From an uncultured Bacteroidota bacterium (GTDB lineage Bacteria > Bacteroidota > Bacteroidia > AKYH767-A > OLB10), in contig CAADHD010000018.1 of the NCBI GenBank assembly GCA_900696575.1, positions 151,106-215,105 on the forward strand: a stretch of DNA of 64,000 bases, written 5' to 3'. Below, one piece after another: positions 31,047 to 39,933 of this stretch (positions are counted from its first letter, which is position 1; every line of letters begins with the position of its first letter). The position numbers and the translations under genes are program-made. Under the pieces are notes generated by a model, which saw nothing but the letters and a program-made list of their open reading frames with translations, ran no database searches and had not been told where the DNA came from.

Positions 31047-31583
31047 ATGCTAAAAACCGAATTGGTTCCTTATCCCAACATTGCCATGCTGAATCAGGAA
31101 AAATTCCTGATTAACTTTGTATATCGTGAAATCAAAAAAGGCTTTGCTTCTGAGAAACTTGAAGTGGCAGATGAGATTTTCGAGATGCTGCGCACCGCTA
31201 ACGGAATAGATTTTTCGGCACTGCATAAAGTCAGAATTAGAAGGCTGAAGCCGGCAGAAACCAAAGCGTTTTTAACGGAACTGGATGCCTTTATAAAAAC
31301 AGTTCTTGATTCGAAAGAATTTCAAACCTTAGCCGGAGAGATGGATAACAGCCACCGCCTGTACGACAAGCTGATGCTGATAAAAGCAAAACTCTCATCT
31401 GGCGATTTGCAGGAATCGGAAAAGGAATCGGGAGAGTTCAGAAACATGATAGCTGCTGCCGGAACGGGTGATATAATGATTGCCCTGTTCCGTTTGTTCA
31501 ATCCTAACATTAAGGTACGCCAGCCTCATCCCGAAATAAAACTGAACAGCGTAAAGCTGAAGGAGAGTAAGTATATGAAGTAG
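31047..31583 (+). CDS. Hypothetical protein
   Basis: 178-aa ORF with normal composition, divergent from the amidohydrolase operon; no motif recognised. Confidence 0.65.
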   Translation: MLKTELVPYPNIAMLNQEKFLINFVYREIKKGFASEKLEVADEIFEMLRTANGIDFSALHKVRIRRLKPAETKAFLTELDAFIKTVLDSKEFQTLAGEMDNSHRLYDKLMLIKAKLSSGDLQESEKESGEFRNMIAAAGTGDIMIALFRLFNPNIKVRQPHPEIKLNSVKLKESKYMK

Positions 31584-31621
31584 TTAATACTTTTTCAAAG
31601 TTTAGGAATATGAATAAAAGA

Positions 31622-31663
31622 TCTGTAGTCGCTACAGCGCGAAGCAACGCTTCAGGCTACAGA
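31622..31663. repeat. REP-like palindrome
   Basis: TCTGTAGTC...GGCTACAGA outer arms with inner GAAGC-AAC-GCTTC hairpin, between convergent genes at the edge of the AT-rich segment. Confidence 0.5.
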
Positions 31664-31674
31664 CAGCGGGGGAA

Positions 31675-32403
31675 TTAAATAGAATTTGACATTTTTATCT
31701 TGTTAATTCTATTTAAAATTCTTTGGCAGTCATTCTGCCCAATAAATTTATTTATACTCCCCTCCTTCAGATGACTTAAAAAAGATTTTATTAAAAGCAA
31801 TTTAGAGTTATATGACCAAGTGAGTAAGTTTTTGTATAATTTGATAGACAATAATTTGTCCATTTCCTCAATACTAAAATGATCTCCATGATGGTATCGC
31901 ATTTCACATTTTTCTTTTAAAAAATTGACTAAAAATGATATGATTTGACGGGCATCTTTTTCTTTAATCATACTCGGTAATAATATTCTTCCATTTACAT
32001 CGATTCTTTTTTTAGATTTCTTGAGTCCTACATAAATTGCTTTTTGTTTATTATATTCCAATTCACCCAATTCAACACGCTTAAAAAAATTCGGCCAAGA
32101 GCCATTAAACATAGCTAGATTGAATAAAGCCATTTGTTTCCTTTTATGGATGAACAATAACTCTAACCACTTCTGTTCAAATTCCTTATTCGGAAAGCCA
32201 TCATTTGTTATTGAAGAGTAGTAGTAATGTTCAATCCAATAAGATTTGCCAAATTCTTCCATGGCTAAGATTGATAAGTGGAAAGCTGAAGGAAAGGATT
32301 TGTTTTTGTAAAGCAAAATTGAATCAAAGTGCAGCCTTAATCCGTTTCTAAATGATTCAACTGCAAGCTTCTTCCATTTTTAATTTGTTAGCTGTCCTCT
32401 CAT
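31675..32403 (-). pseudogene. AbiV-family (HEPN) abortive-infection protein with nonsense codon at position 8
   Basis: From ATG 32403: MRGQLTN*KWKKLAVESFRNGLRLHFDSILLYKNKSFPSAFHLSILAMEEFGK...HKRKQ; A..L..LA.EE.GK and H..KQ AbiV motifs; TAA at 32380-32382; AT-rich. Confidence 0.75.
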
Positions 32404-32507
32404 AAACGTTCATTTTACATCAAATATTTTTTTAACGCTTTTAATCTTCAAAAATACAAGGGGAAAATAATTCGTTGCTAAGTAAGCATTACAATACGTT
32501 TACGAAT

Positions 32508-32782
32508 AAAAACCGCGAAGCGGTGGTCTGATTATAGAAATGAATTGTCAGGAGGGAAGAAGTCTAGAAGGAATGGTATTAAATAATGACCAATCCATTT
32601 TTTTTATTTCACCCCTTAGGGGTTCTGCGATTCGTCAACCTTTTTGTGCTATAATTATTTCATCACTTCGGGATTGAACACGGTTCTATGAATTTAATTT
32701 ATTGACTAAAACAAAACCGCGAAGCGGTGGAATGATTGTAGAAATGAGTTGTAACAGGGGCAAAATCCCGAAGGAATGGCAT
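32508..32782. repeat. Composite REP/BIME-like cluster 1 (six ~30-bp palindromic units, ~50-bp spacing)
   Basis: AACCGCGAAGCGGTGG(T/A)(C/A)TGATT(A/G)TAGAAATGA at ~32510 and ~32715; reverse units TTTCACCCCTTAGGGGTT and TTTCATCACTTCGGGATT; AATCCCGAAGGAATGGC at ~32764. Confidence 0.8.
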
Positions 32783-32964
32783 TATTCCGATTAGAATCTG
32801 AATACAGCAACCGTCAAAAACATTTGTCAGGAAAGAGGTACGAGTTACAAACGCGCGCCAGAAGAGGGTTAACAGCATTCTGTTGTTCAATTTTTCCATT
32901 TTTTCCAACCTCATTTATGCAATTTTAAAATCCCTGCATCTGTATGTCATAAAACACAAACGTT

Positions 32965-34266
32965 ATGCATTACTCATCATCTCTTTTACTTGTACCGGTA
33001 CTTGTAGCCGTACTCAGCGCAAAGCCGCTCAACGACAGCAAAACGGGTAACCGCACAGCCAAACCAAAAGATATAAGCAAAGGCTGCGTATTTCGCACGT
33101 TTTTCGGGGAAGACCCGCACGAACCGTTTTACATTCTTAAAACACCAGCTAAGGTCGAAGCATCTGTCAGCGATGCATTAACATGGGTATCGAAAGCGCA
33201 AAACAATGATGGCGGCTGGGGTGCAGGGCTGCACCAGGCACAACATGTCATGGATCCTCATGCCGTAAAATCGGATCCTGCATCCACCAGCATGGTGGCT
33301 ATGGCACTGCTCCGTTCAGGCAACACGCTTACTGCGGGAAAGTATTCTGCCAATCTGGTAAGAGCAACCGAATATCTTTTGAAACAGGTAGAGAACAGTG
33401 AAGAAGGCACACTGAATATTACCAACCTTACAGGAACTCAGATTCAGACAAAGCTGGGTAAGAACATTGATGTGGTAATGACCAGCCAGTATCTCACCAA
33501 CCTGCTTGATTATCTCACGGCAAATCCGAACATGACTTCACGGGTAAAGAAGGCCGTGAGTAAATGCGTAAACATGATTCAGAACGGGCAGAATCCCAAC
33601 GGCAGCCAGCAGGGGGCAGGTTGGGCCGGGGTATTGCAATCGTCATTTGCAGCCAATGCATTGGAAAGCGCCAAAGATAAAGGTGTTGCCGTTGATGAAA
33701 AGAAACTCAGCAAAGCACGCGATTACCAGAAGAAAAATTTTGACGATAAAAGCAACACGGCACGAACCGAAGATGCTGCAGGCATATTGCTTTATTCGGT
33801 TTCAGGTTCTGCACGTTCAAGTGCTAGAGAAGCAAGATTGGCAGAAGAAACATTAAAACGCGCCAAACACGAAGGGAAAGTTGCCGCTTCAGAACCGGTG
33901 AATGTGGATAATCTGCGTAAAGCCGGGCTGAGCGAAAGCGAAGCCATGCAGTACAGCACTGCTTACCATGTTAATGCAGCAGCCAAGAAAACGGCACAAC
34001 GTCAGGATGTGATGAATGGTTTCGGCAGCAATGGCGGGGAGGAGTTTTTATCCTTTCTTCAAACAGGCGAAAGCCTTATCATCAGCAAAGACAATGACTG
34101 GAAAAAATGGTACGATGATATAACTACACGACTGATGCAGATTCAGAATCCCAACGGAAGCTGGAACGGGCATCATTGCATTACCAGCCCCGTATTCTGT
34201 ACAGCAACTTGTCTTTTGATTCTCACCATCAACAATGATGCAGAGAAGCTGATGGGAAGTAATTAA
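32965..34266 (+). CDS. Secreted prenyltransferase/squalene-oxidase-repeat (alpha/alpha barrel) protein
   Basis: Signal peptide; QW-type repeats QNNDGGWG, QNPNGS, QNPNGSWNG. Confidence 0.8.
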   Translation: MHYSSSLLLVPVLVAVLSAKPLNDSKTGNRTAKPKDISKGCVFRTFFGEDPHEPFYILKTPAKVEASVSDALTWVSKAQNNDGGWGAGLHQAQHVMDPHAVKSDPASTSMVAMALLRSGNTLTAGKYSANLVRATEYLLKQVENSEEGTLNITNLTGTQIQTKLGKNIDVVMTSQYLTNLLDYLTANPNMTSRVKKAVSKCVNMIQNGQNPNGSQQGAGWAGVLQSSFAANALESAKDKGVAVDEKKLSKARDYQKKNFDDKSNTARTEDAAGILLYSVSGSARSSAREARLAEETLKRAKHEGKVAASEPVNVDNLRKAGLSESEAMQYSTAYHVNAAAKKTAQRQDVMNGFGSNGGEEFLSFLQTGESLIISKDNDWKKWYDDITTRLMQIQNPNGSWNGHHCITSPVFCTATCLLILTINNDAEKLMGSN

Positions 34267-34287
34267 ACTGACATAGAAGAAAGCCGT

Positions 34288-34557
34288 AAACCTCGAAGGG
34301 GCTTAGAACCCCTCCGAGGATTTTAGAGTTTTTATATCATCCCTTCGGGATTCTACTAATGCTGTATTTGTTTTCTACAATCATTCCACCGCTTCGCGGT
34401 TTTGACTTCGTTAATTAAATAAATCTGTGCAAATTTTTAATCCCGCAGGGTTGAATTGATTATAGCAAGATTGACTGAGCAGAACAAAACCCCGCAGGGA
34501 TGAAATGATTGTAGCAATTATTTCAATTTAGGGGCAGAACCCCGAAGGGGGGTGAAA
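34288..34557. repeat. Composite REP/BIME-like element 2 (hairpin plus five units)
   Basis: AAACCTCGAAGGGG..ACCCCTCCGAGG hairpin, then units near 34338, 34388 (reverse) and 34439, 34488, 34538 (forward); near-identical to 53074-53336. Confidence 0.88.
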
Positions 34558-34686
34558 CAACAAAACATTGCTGATGTAATCCGCTCAAACCTTTTGATAA
34601 ACCATTACTAAACATTTCATTTCAATTTCTTAATAATCAGATTTCAAGTTTGCCCCGGCAGTTTATAACCCGCTGCTTACTTATTC

Positions 34687-35514
34687 ATGAAATCAGGAAT
34701 TGCTTTACTCGTTATTTTTCTTCTAACGGCAACCGGCAGTCATGCTCAAAACGCTCTTGAAGGAATTATTATTGAGAAATACTACATCAGCGATGAAAAT
34801 GATTCTAAAGCCGAAGGTGCTGGATATCTTCCGCCCGGCTCAGTAACTTACCGTATTTATATTGACCTTGCAACAGACTGTAAACTCCATGCTGTTTATG
34901 GAGTAGAAGGACATGATTTAATCATCAGCACTACCACTGCTTTTTTTAATCATGAAATGTATGGGGCTGTAACCTCCAACGAAGTATTGGCAAGCACATT
35001 AATGCATAATTTAGTAATGCTTGACAGCTGGCTTTCTGTTGGCGCAGGGGCATCGGTCTATTTTGCATTGCCAAAAAGCAAGGATGATGAAAAAAATACA
35101 ACTAAGAACAATGATGGATTTCTGCAGAATAATCATCCTGATGCAGGGATTCCTTTGAAAGAAAGAGATGGATTGATGTATGCTTATCCTCAGCTGGCTG
35201 TTAATTTTTATGGGATTGATGATGGGTTGAAAAGCATTTTCGGAAAAACAAATTCGCGGATGCAAGGTCAGGAGTTTAAAACCAACAACGGTTCCTGGGC
35301 TTGTTTCGGAGGAGCTTATGGTCCTGACAAAGAAAATCTTGTCTGTATTGCACAATTGACAACCGATGGAGAGCTGTATTTTGAACTCAACATTCAGCTT
35401 GGAAAACCTGACGGTACTGTTGAAAATTATGTAGCCCGCAATCCTCAGGGAAATGAAAAAGTATATCCGCAGTTGATATTCCGGTCATCCTCTTTAAAAG
35501 CCGGACAGAACTAA
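34687..35514 (+). CDS. Secreted protein made of a single uncharacterised ~230-aa domain (copy 1)
   Basis: Signal peptide A|Q; YYISD, GSVTYRIY, DSWLSVG, AQLTTDG, FELNIQLG; no T9SS CTD. Confidence 0.8.
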   Translation: MKSGIALLVIFLLTATGSHAQNALEGIIIEKYYISDENDSKAEGAGYLPPGSVTYRIYIDLATDCKLHAVYGVEGHDLIISTTTAFFNHEMYGAVTSNEVLASTLMHNLVMLDSWLSVGAGASVYFALPKSKDDEKNTTKNNDGFLQNNHPDAGIPLKERDGLMYAYPQLAVNFYGIDDGLKSIFGKTNSRMQGQEFKTNNGSWACFGGAYGPDKENLVCIAQLTTDGELYFELNIQLGKPDGTVENYVARNPQGNEKVYPQLIFRSSSLKAGQN

Positions 35515-35520
35515 ACAGGA

Positions 35521-35611
35521 GTTAACCTTTTGTTAAGTCATCGGAAGTTAAGTTCAGTATGTCGTAACGCATGATTAACATTTTAAGCTGTTGTGTAAAC
35601 AAACAGTAACA
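35521..35611. promoter_or_regulatory. Cluster of 11-bp-period TAAC direct repeats
   Basis: GTTAAC-N5-GTTAAG (35521), GTAACG-CATGA-TTAACA (35564-35580), GTAAAC-N5-GTAACA (35595). Confidence 0.3.
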
Positions 35612-35684
35612 GTAAATTCAGTTAGCCTTAAAGCAACGGCCGTTCATTTGGCCAAATCAAACGAAACCATAAAACCATTACACT

Positions 35685-36794
35685 ATGAACAAAACCTTAC
35701 TCTCATTATTTGCATTATTACTTCTACATGCGGCTGCGCATTCACAAAACGGGCTGGAATGTGTGGCTGTAGAAATTTACTACATTTCCGATGCCAACGA
35801 TGCCGCTGCCAATCAGGATGGCGGAGTGCTGCCTGTGGGTTCGGTAACTTACCGCATTTATGCTGATATGTTGCCCGGTTACCGGTTTCAGGCTGCTTAC
35901 GGAGTAGATACTCCCGGAGCCGAACACGAATGCCGTATAGAAACAACCACTTTGTTTTTTAATAACGAAGACCGCGGAGCCACCACTCCTAATTTTACCA
36001 AAGCACAGGCTGCAGATAATACCGTAATGCTTGATTCCTGGCTCTCTGTGGGCGCAGCGTGTAAATTCAACTATGGAATTTTAAAATCGCTGGATGACGG
36101 TGTGGCCACCGTGGTAAATAATTACATTCCTCAGGTGTTACAAAACAACAATCCGCTGGCAGGTATTCCGCTTACGCAGCAGGATGGAATTATTGCCGGA
36201 AACGGTACTCCTGAGCCTGTAACTTTTGTTGGTATTACCAACGAAGTGTTGGTTTTTGATAATCAGAATGATGGAACTAACGGTCCGGTATTCTCTACCA
36301 TGAATGGCTCATGGGCTGCATTGAACGGTGCTGAAGGACCTGATCCTGTTGATAATAAAGTTTTGATTGCACAGATTACCACAGATGGCATTTTAACCTT
36401 CGAATTGAATATTCAGATTGGCACTCCGGGGGGTGGCGTTGAAAATTATGTTGCCAAAAACCCTGTTGGTAACGAAATCATGCTGCCTTGCCTGACTTTC
36501 AATTCTTCATCCATGATCAATGAAAACGGACAAACTGCAGGAACCAAAATGAATGTATATCCTAATCCGGTAAGAGACTTGTTTACATTGGAGATCTCTC
36601 CGTCAAAACCGGGGAACATCAGTTATGCACTCTTAAATCAGGAAGGCCGCAGGCTTGAAGTAAAGAAAATCGGATATGTAGATGATCAATTCTTTGAATA
36701 CATTGACCTATCAAATTATCCTGCCGGAACCTACCTGGTTGAACTTTACAATAATGGTATTGCTTCTTCCATGAAAAAAATCGTGAAGCAGTAA
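35685..36794 (+). CDS. T9SS cargo protein: uncharacterised domain (copy 2) + type A CTD
   Basis: Signal peptide S|Q; same domain motifs; CTD VYPNPVRD...LSNYPAGTYLVEL...KKIVKQ. Confidence 0.88.
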   Translation: MNKTLLSLFALLLLHAAAHSQNGLECVAVEIYYISDANDAAANQDGGVLPVGSVTYRIYADMLPGYRFQAAYGVDTPGAEHECRIETTTLFFNNEDRGATTPNFTKAQAADNTVMLDSWLSVGAACKFNYGILKSLDDGVATVVNNYIPQVLQNNNPLAGIPLTQQDGIIAGNGTPEPVTFVGITNEVLVFDNQNDGTNGPVFSTMNGSWAALNGAEGPDPVDNKVLIAQITTDGILTFELNIQIGTPGGGVENYVAKNPVGNEIMLPCLTFNSSSMINENGQTAGTKMNVYPNPVRDLFTLEISPSKPGNISYALLNQEGRRLEVKKIGYVDDQFFEYIDLSNYPAGTYLVELYNNGIASSMKKIVKQ

Positions 36795-36843
36795 AGAGCG
36801 TTTAAAACATCAGGCTTTTCTATTACATGCAAATTATGATAGC

Positions 36844-39800
36844 ATGAAAGCATTCAGTCGTTTCTTTTGTCTGATTCTGTTTAAGATGATTATTGTTTAT
36901 CATGCATCAGGACAGGGTATAATACGCGGAAAAATATCTGACCAGAATGGAGAGCCGCTGATTGGTGCCACTGTTGTGCTGAAAGACAACCGCAGTATAG
37001 GCACCAGCGCTGATCTGGACGGCAATTATTCGCTGAAGATTACCGATACTTCTGCTCAGACCCTGATTATTTCTTTCATCAGTTTCAAAACCATTGAAGA
37101 AACGGTTCATCCTAAAAAAGGAGAAGTCATTATCCGGAATTTCATCATGAAACCTGCCACACAGGAAATTCAGGCAGTTGAAATCACGGCCAAACAATTG
37201 CGCGAGAAGGAGTCTTACATTGAAAAGGTAAAAATCAATTCGTCCGTAACGCTTGATTATGTTTCTGCCGAAAGTATTAAACGCACAGGCGATGCCAATG
37301 TGGTAACTGCCGTAGCGCGGGTACCGGGTATTTCAACAACGGGAAGCATAATAACCGTAAGAGGCGTAGGCGACCGTTATATTAAAACAGCGGTGAACGG
37401 ATTTAAAATCCCAACCCTTGATCCGTTTACCAATAACTTTAAACTTGACCTGATTCCATCGGCTCTTGTTGACAATGTCATTGTTACCAAAACAGCCAGC
37501 GCTGATTTGCCCGGTGACTGGGCAGGCGCTTATCTTTCGGTTGAGACCAAAGATTACCCCGAGAATCTTAGCATCAACATTGAATCATCGTTAACCTATA
37601 ACCCGCAAACAACCTTTAAAAAAATACTGACTTCGCAACGCAGCAAAACCGACTGGCTTGGCTATGACAGCAACCTGCGCGAGTATCCGCATGAAGATTT
37701 TTCATCCGTACAAATCTCGCCAAGCCTGTACAAAGAATTTGTGGCGCTTGGACTGGGCGGTTACTTCAACTCCATAGGAGTAACTCCCAATACGCCCTGG
37801 AATGATACCTATTACAAACTGGCTCTTGTTGAGCTTGGACTTTTACCCAAGGCCCTTTTTGATAATGAAGCCGCTTTTACCGAAGCAAAAAACAAATTCC
37901 TGCAAGGCGATTATAGAAACCGGGCTTTTGAAATAATTAACCGCGATGCCATTGAAGCAGCCAAAAAATTTCCAACTAACTGGAACACTCAATACCGCAA
38001 AGCGCCTCTCGGGTTTTCACAGAATATCTCCGTAGGAAATCAAACCACACTGTTTAATCGTCCTCTAGGATTTCTTTTTGGTTTGCGCTACGGAAGTTCA
38101 ACGCAGTATGACCCGCGTTCAACTTACAACAAAGGGGTGAATATTGATGGAGTAAAAACCAGTTCGCTGGATACCTTGCCGCAAGTCATCAGCAAAGAAA
38201 CCAACGGGTGGAGCGCCCTGATGAATCTTTCTTACAAGCTCAATTCAAACAATAGTATTGGTTTTATCTTTATGCCTAATCTTACAGGCGTAAATGATGT
38301 ACGCATTACCCGCGAGCCTTATGTGGATGGCAATGCATATTACCTTATTAACCGCAGCCAGTTTTATGAGGAACGTAAACAGTTGGTTTATCAATTACAG
38401 TCTCAGCATTATATCCCATCCATTAAATTAAAGACTGATATCCGTGCTGCTTACACAAACGGCAGCAGCAATGCCCCCGATTTTAAACGAATCATCTACC
38501 TGAAAGACCAGCAGGACAGCGCGCTTTCCATTGGAGGCAGCATAGGTGGAAATGCTGTTGCTAAAGGCGGTATTCACCGTTACTACCGTTATCTGAATGA
38601 CGACTTGCTTGATACTAAAATCGCTTTTGAGCTTCCGCTTCGCCCTCAGCCCGGCATGGCCCGCAAACTCATGTTCGGTGGCGGGTACCTGCGTAACGAT
38701 TGGAAGTTCAGACAATACGATTACTTGGTCAACTTCAGTCCGTTTGGCTTTGACCCTCTCTATGAAGAAGATTTTGATTTCTATTTCAGGCCGGATAAGT
38801 TTGACTTTAATACTTTTCAGTTTAACGGCCAGCCTGTTTTAAGTGTCAGTAATTATTATTCGGAAAGCGGAAGTCCTTCGAACTTTATTATTGGTGAAAC
38901 AACCATTATTTCGGCCTACACAATGGCTGATATAAATATTACCTACAGGATAAGGGCTGCGGCAGGAGTTCGTGCGGAACGTGCCAACTTGTTTACCGAT
39001 GCTTTTGGTTATGACTCTTTAGGATATCTAAAAGACGATCCGCGCAGGCAGACCTTGGCCGATGACTTTATTCTCAATCCTGCCAACATTATAAAAACCA
39101 GCTATCTGCCCAGTTTCAATCTCGTTTACAAACTGAAAGATGACGAGTTCCGCCCGGTTAACCTCAGGCTAAATTACAGCCAGACGGTGGCGCGCCCCGG
39201 CCTGAGAGAGCTTTCCGAATCTGTGGTGTATGACAATGAGCGCAGAAAAAATGTCTTCGGGAATGCTGAATTGAAAATGGCAAACATTTACAATTACGAC
39301 ATCAGGACAGAATCCTATTTTAAAAACGGAGATAATGTTTCGCTAAGCTTATTCTACAAGCATATTAAAAATCATATTGAACTGATTGAATATACACAGG
39401 GCTTCACATGGGTGAATGTGGATAAATCCATTGTGCAGGGCATTGAACTGGAAGGAAGAAAAAAGCTTCCTTTCAATTTTGAACTGAAAGCAAATGTTAC
39501 GATGGTAAAATCAGAATCTGATGTTGTCAGAAAAAGAATTGTTGTAGAAAATGGCATTAAAGCATTTATACCAATTGATACGATTACTCGTACCATGTAC
39601 GGGCAGGCACCTTATGTAGTTAATGTTATTCTTGGCTACATTGCCGACAGCCTCGGTTTGCAGATTACCGCAAGCTATAACTTGCAGGGTAAACGGCTTG
39701 TGATTGCCGAATCGGATCTGCTTTCCAATATCTATGAATTGCCCCGTCATCATGTTGATTTTAAAATTTCCAAAAAGCTTGGAAAACATTTCAGCACCAG

Positions 39801-39921
39801 TTTAACCATACGCGATGTTTTAAATACTCCGGTAAGACTTGCAGGCGATGGATGGAAACTCGATTATGAGAACATTAAGTATGGAAGAAGCTATTCTTTA
39901 GGCATTAGTTACCGGTTTTAA
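36844..39921 (+). CDS. TonB-dependent receptor with N-terminal CarboxypepD_reg-like domain
   Basis: IRGKISDQNGEPLIGATV, plug RVPGIS..ITVRGVGDRY, barrel NYDIRTESY, C-terminal YSLGISYRF; no SusD follows. Confidence 0.92.
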   Translation: MKAFSRFFCLILFKMIIVYHASGQGIIRGKISDQNGEPLIGATVVLKDNRSIGTSADLDGNYSLKITDTSAQTLIISFISFKTIEETVHPKKGEVIIRNFIMKPATQEIQAVEITAKQLREKESYIEKVKINSSVTLDYVSAESIKRTGDANVVTAVARVPGISTTGSIITVRGVGDRYIKTAVNGFKIPTLDPFTNNFKLDLIPSALVDNVIVTKTASADLPGDWAGAYLSVETKDYPENLSINIESSLTYNPQTTFKKILTSQRSKTDWLGYDSNLREYPHEDFSSVQISPSLYKEFVALGLGGYFNSIGVTPNTPWNDTYYKLALVELGLLPKALFDNEAAFTEAKNKFLQGDYRNRAFEIINRDAIEAAKKFPTNWNTQYRKAPLGFSQNISVGNQTTLFNRPLGFLFGLRYGSSTQYDPRSTYNKGVNIDGVKTSSLDTLPQVISKETNGWSALMNLSYKLNSNNSIGFIFMPNLTGVNDVRITREPYVDGNAYYLINRSQFYEERKQLVYQLQSQHYIPSIKLKTDIRAAYTNGSSNAPDFKRIIYLKDQQDSALSIGGSIGGNAVAKGGIHRYYRYLNDDLLDTKIAFELPLRPQPGMARKLMFGGGYLRNDWKFRQYDYLVNFSPFGFDPLYEEDFDFYFRPDKFDFNTFQFNGQPVLSVSNYYSESGSPSNFIIGETTIISAYTMADINITYRIRAAAGVRAERANLFTDAFGYDSLGYLKDDPRRQTLADDFILNPANIIKTSYLPSFNLVYKLKDDEFRPVNLRLNYSQTVARPGLRELSESVVYDNERRKNVFGNAELKMANIYNYDIRTESYFKNGDNVSLSLFYKHIKNHIELIEYTQGFTWVNVDKSIVQGIELEGRKKLPFNFELKANVTMVKSESDVVRKRIVVENGIKAFIPIDTITRTMYGQAPYVVNVILGYIADSLGLQITASYNLQGKRLVIAESDLLSNIYELPRHHVDFKISKKLGKHFSTSLTIRDVLNTPVRLAGDGWKLDYENIKYGRSYSLGISYRF

Positions 39922-39933
39922 AAAAAACAGAAA

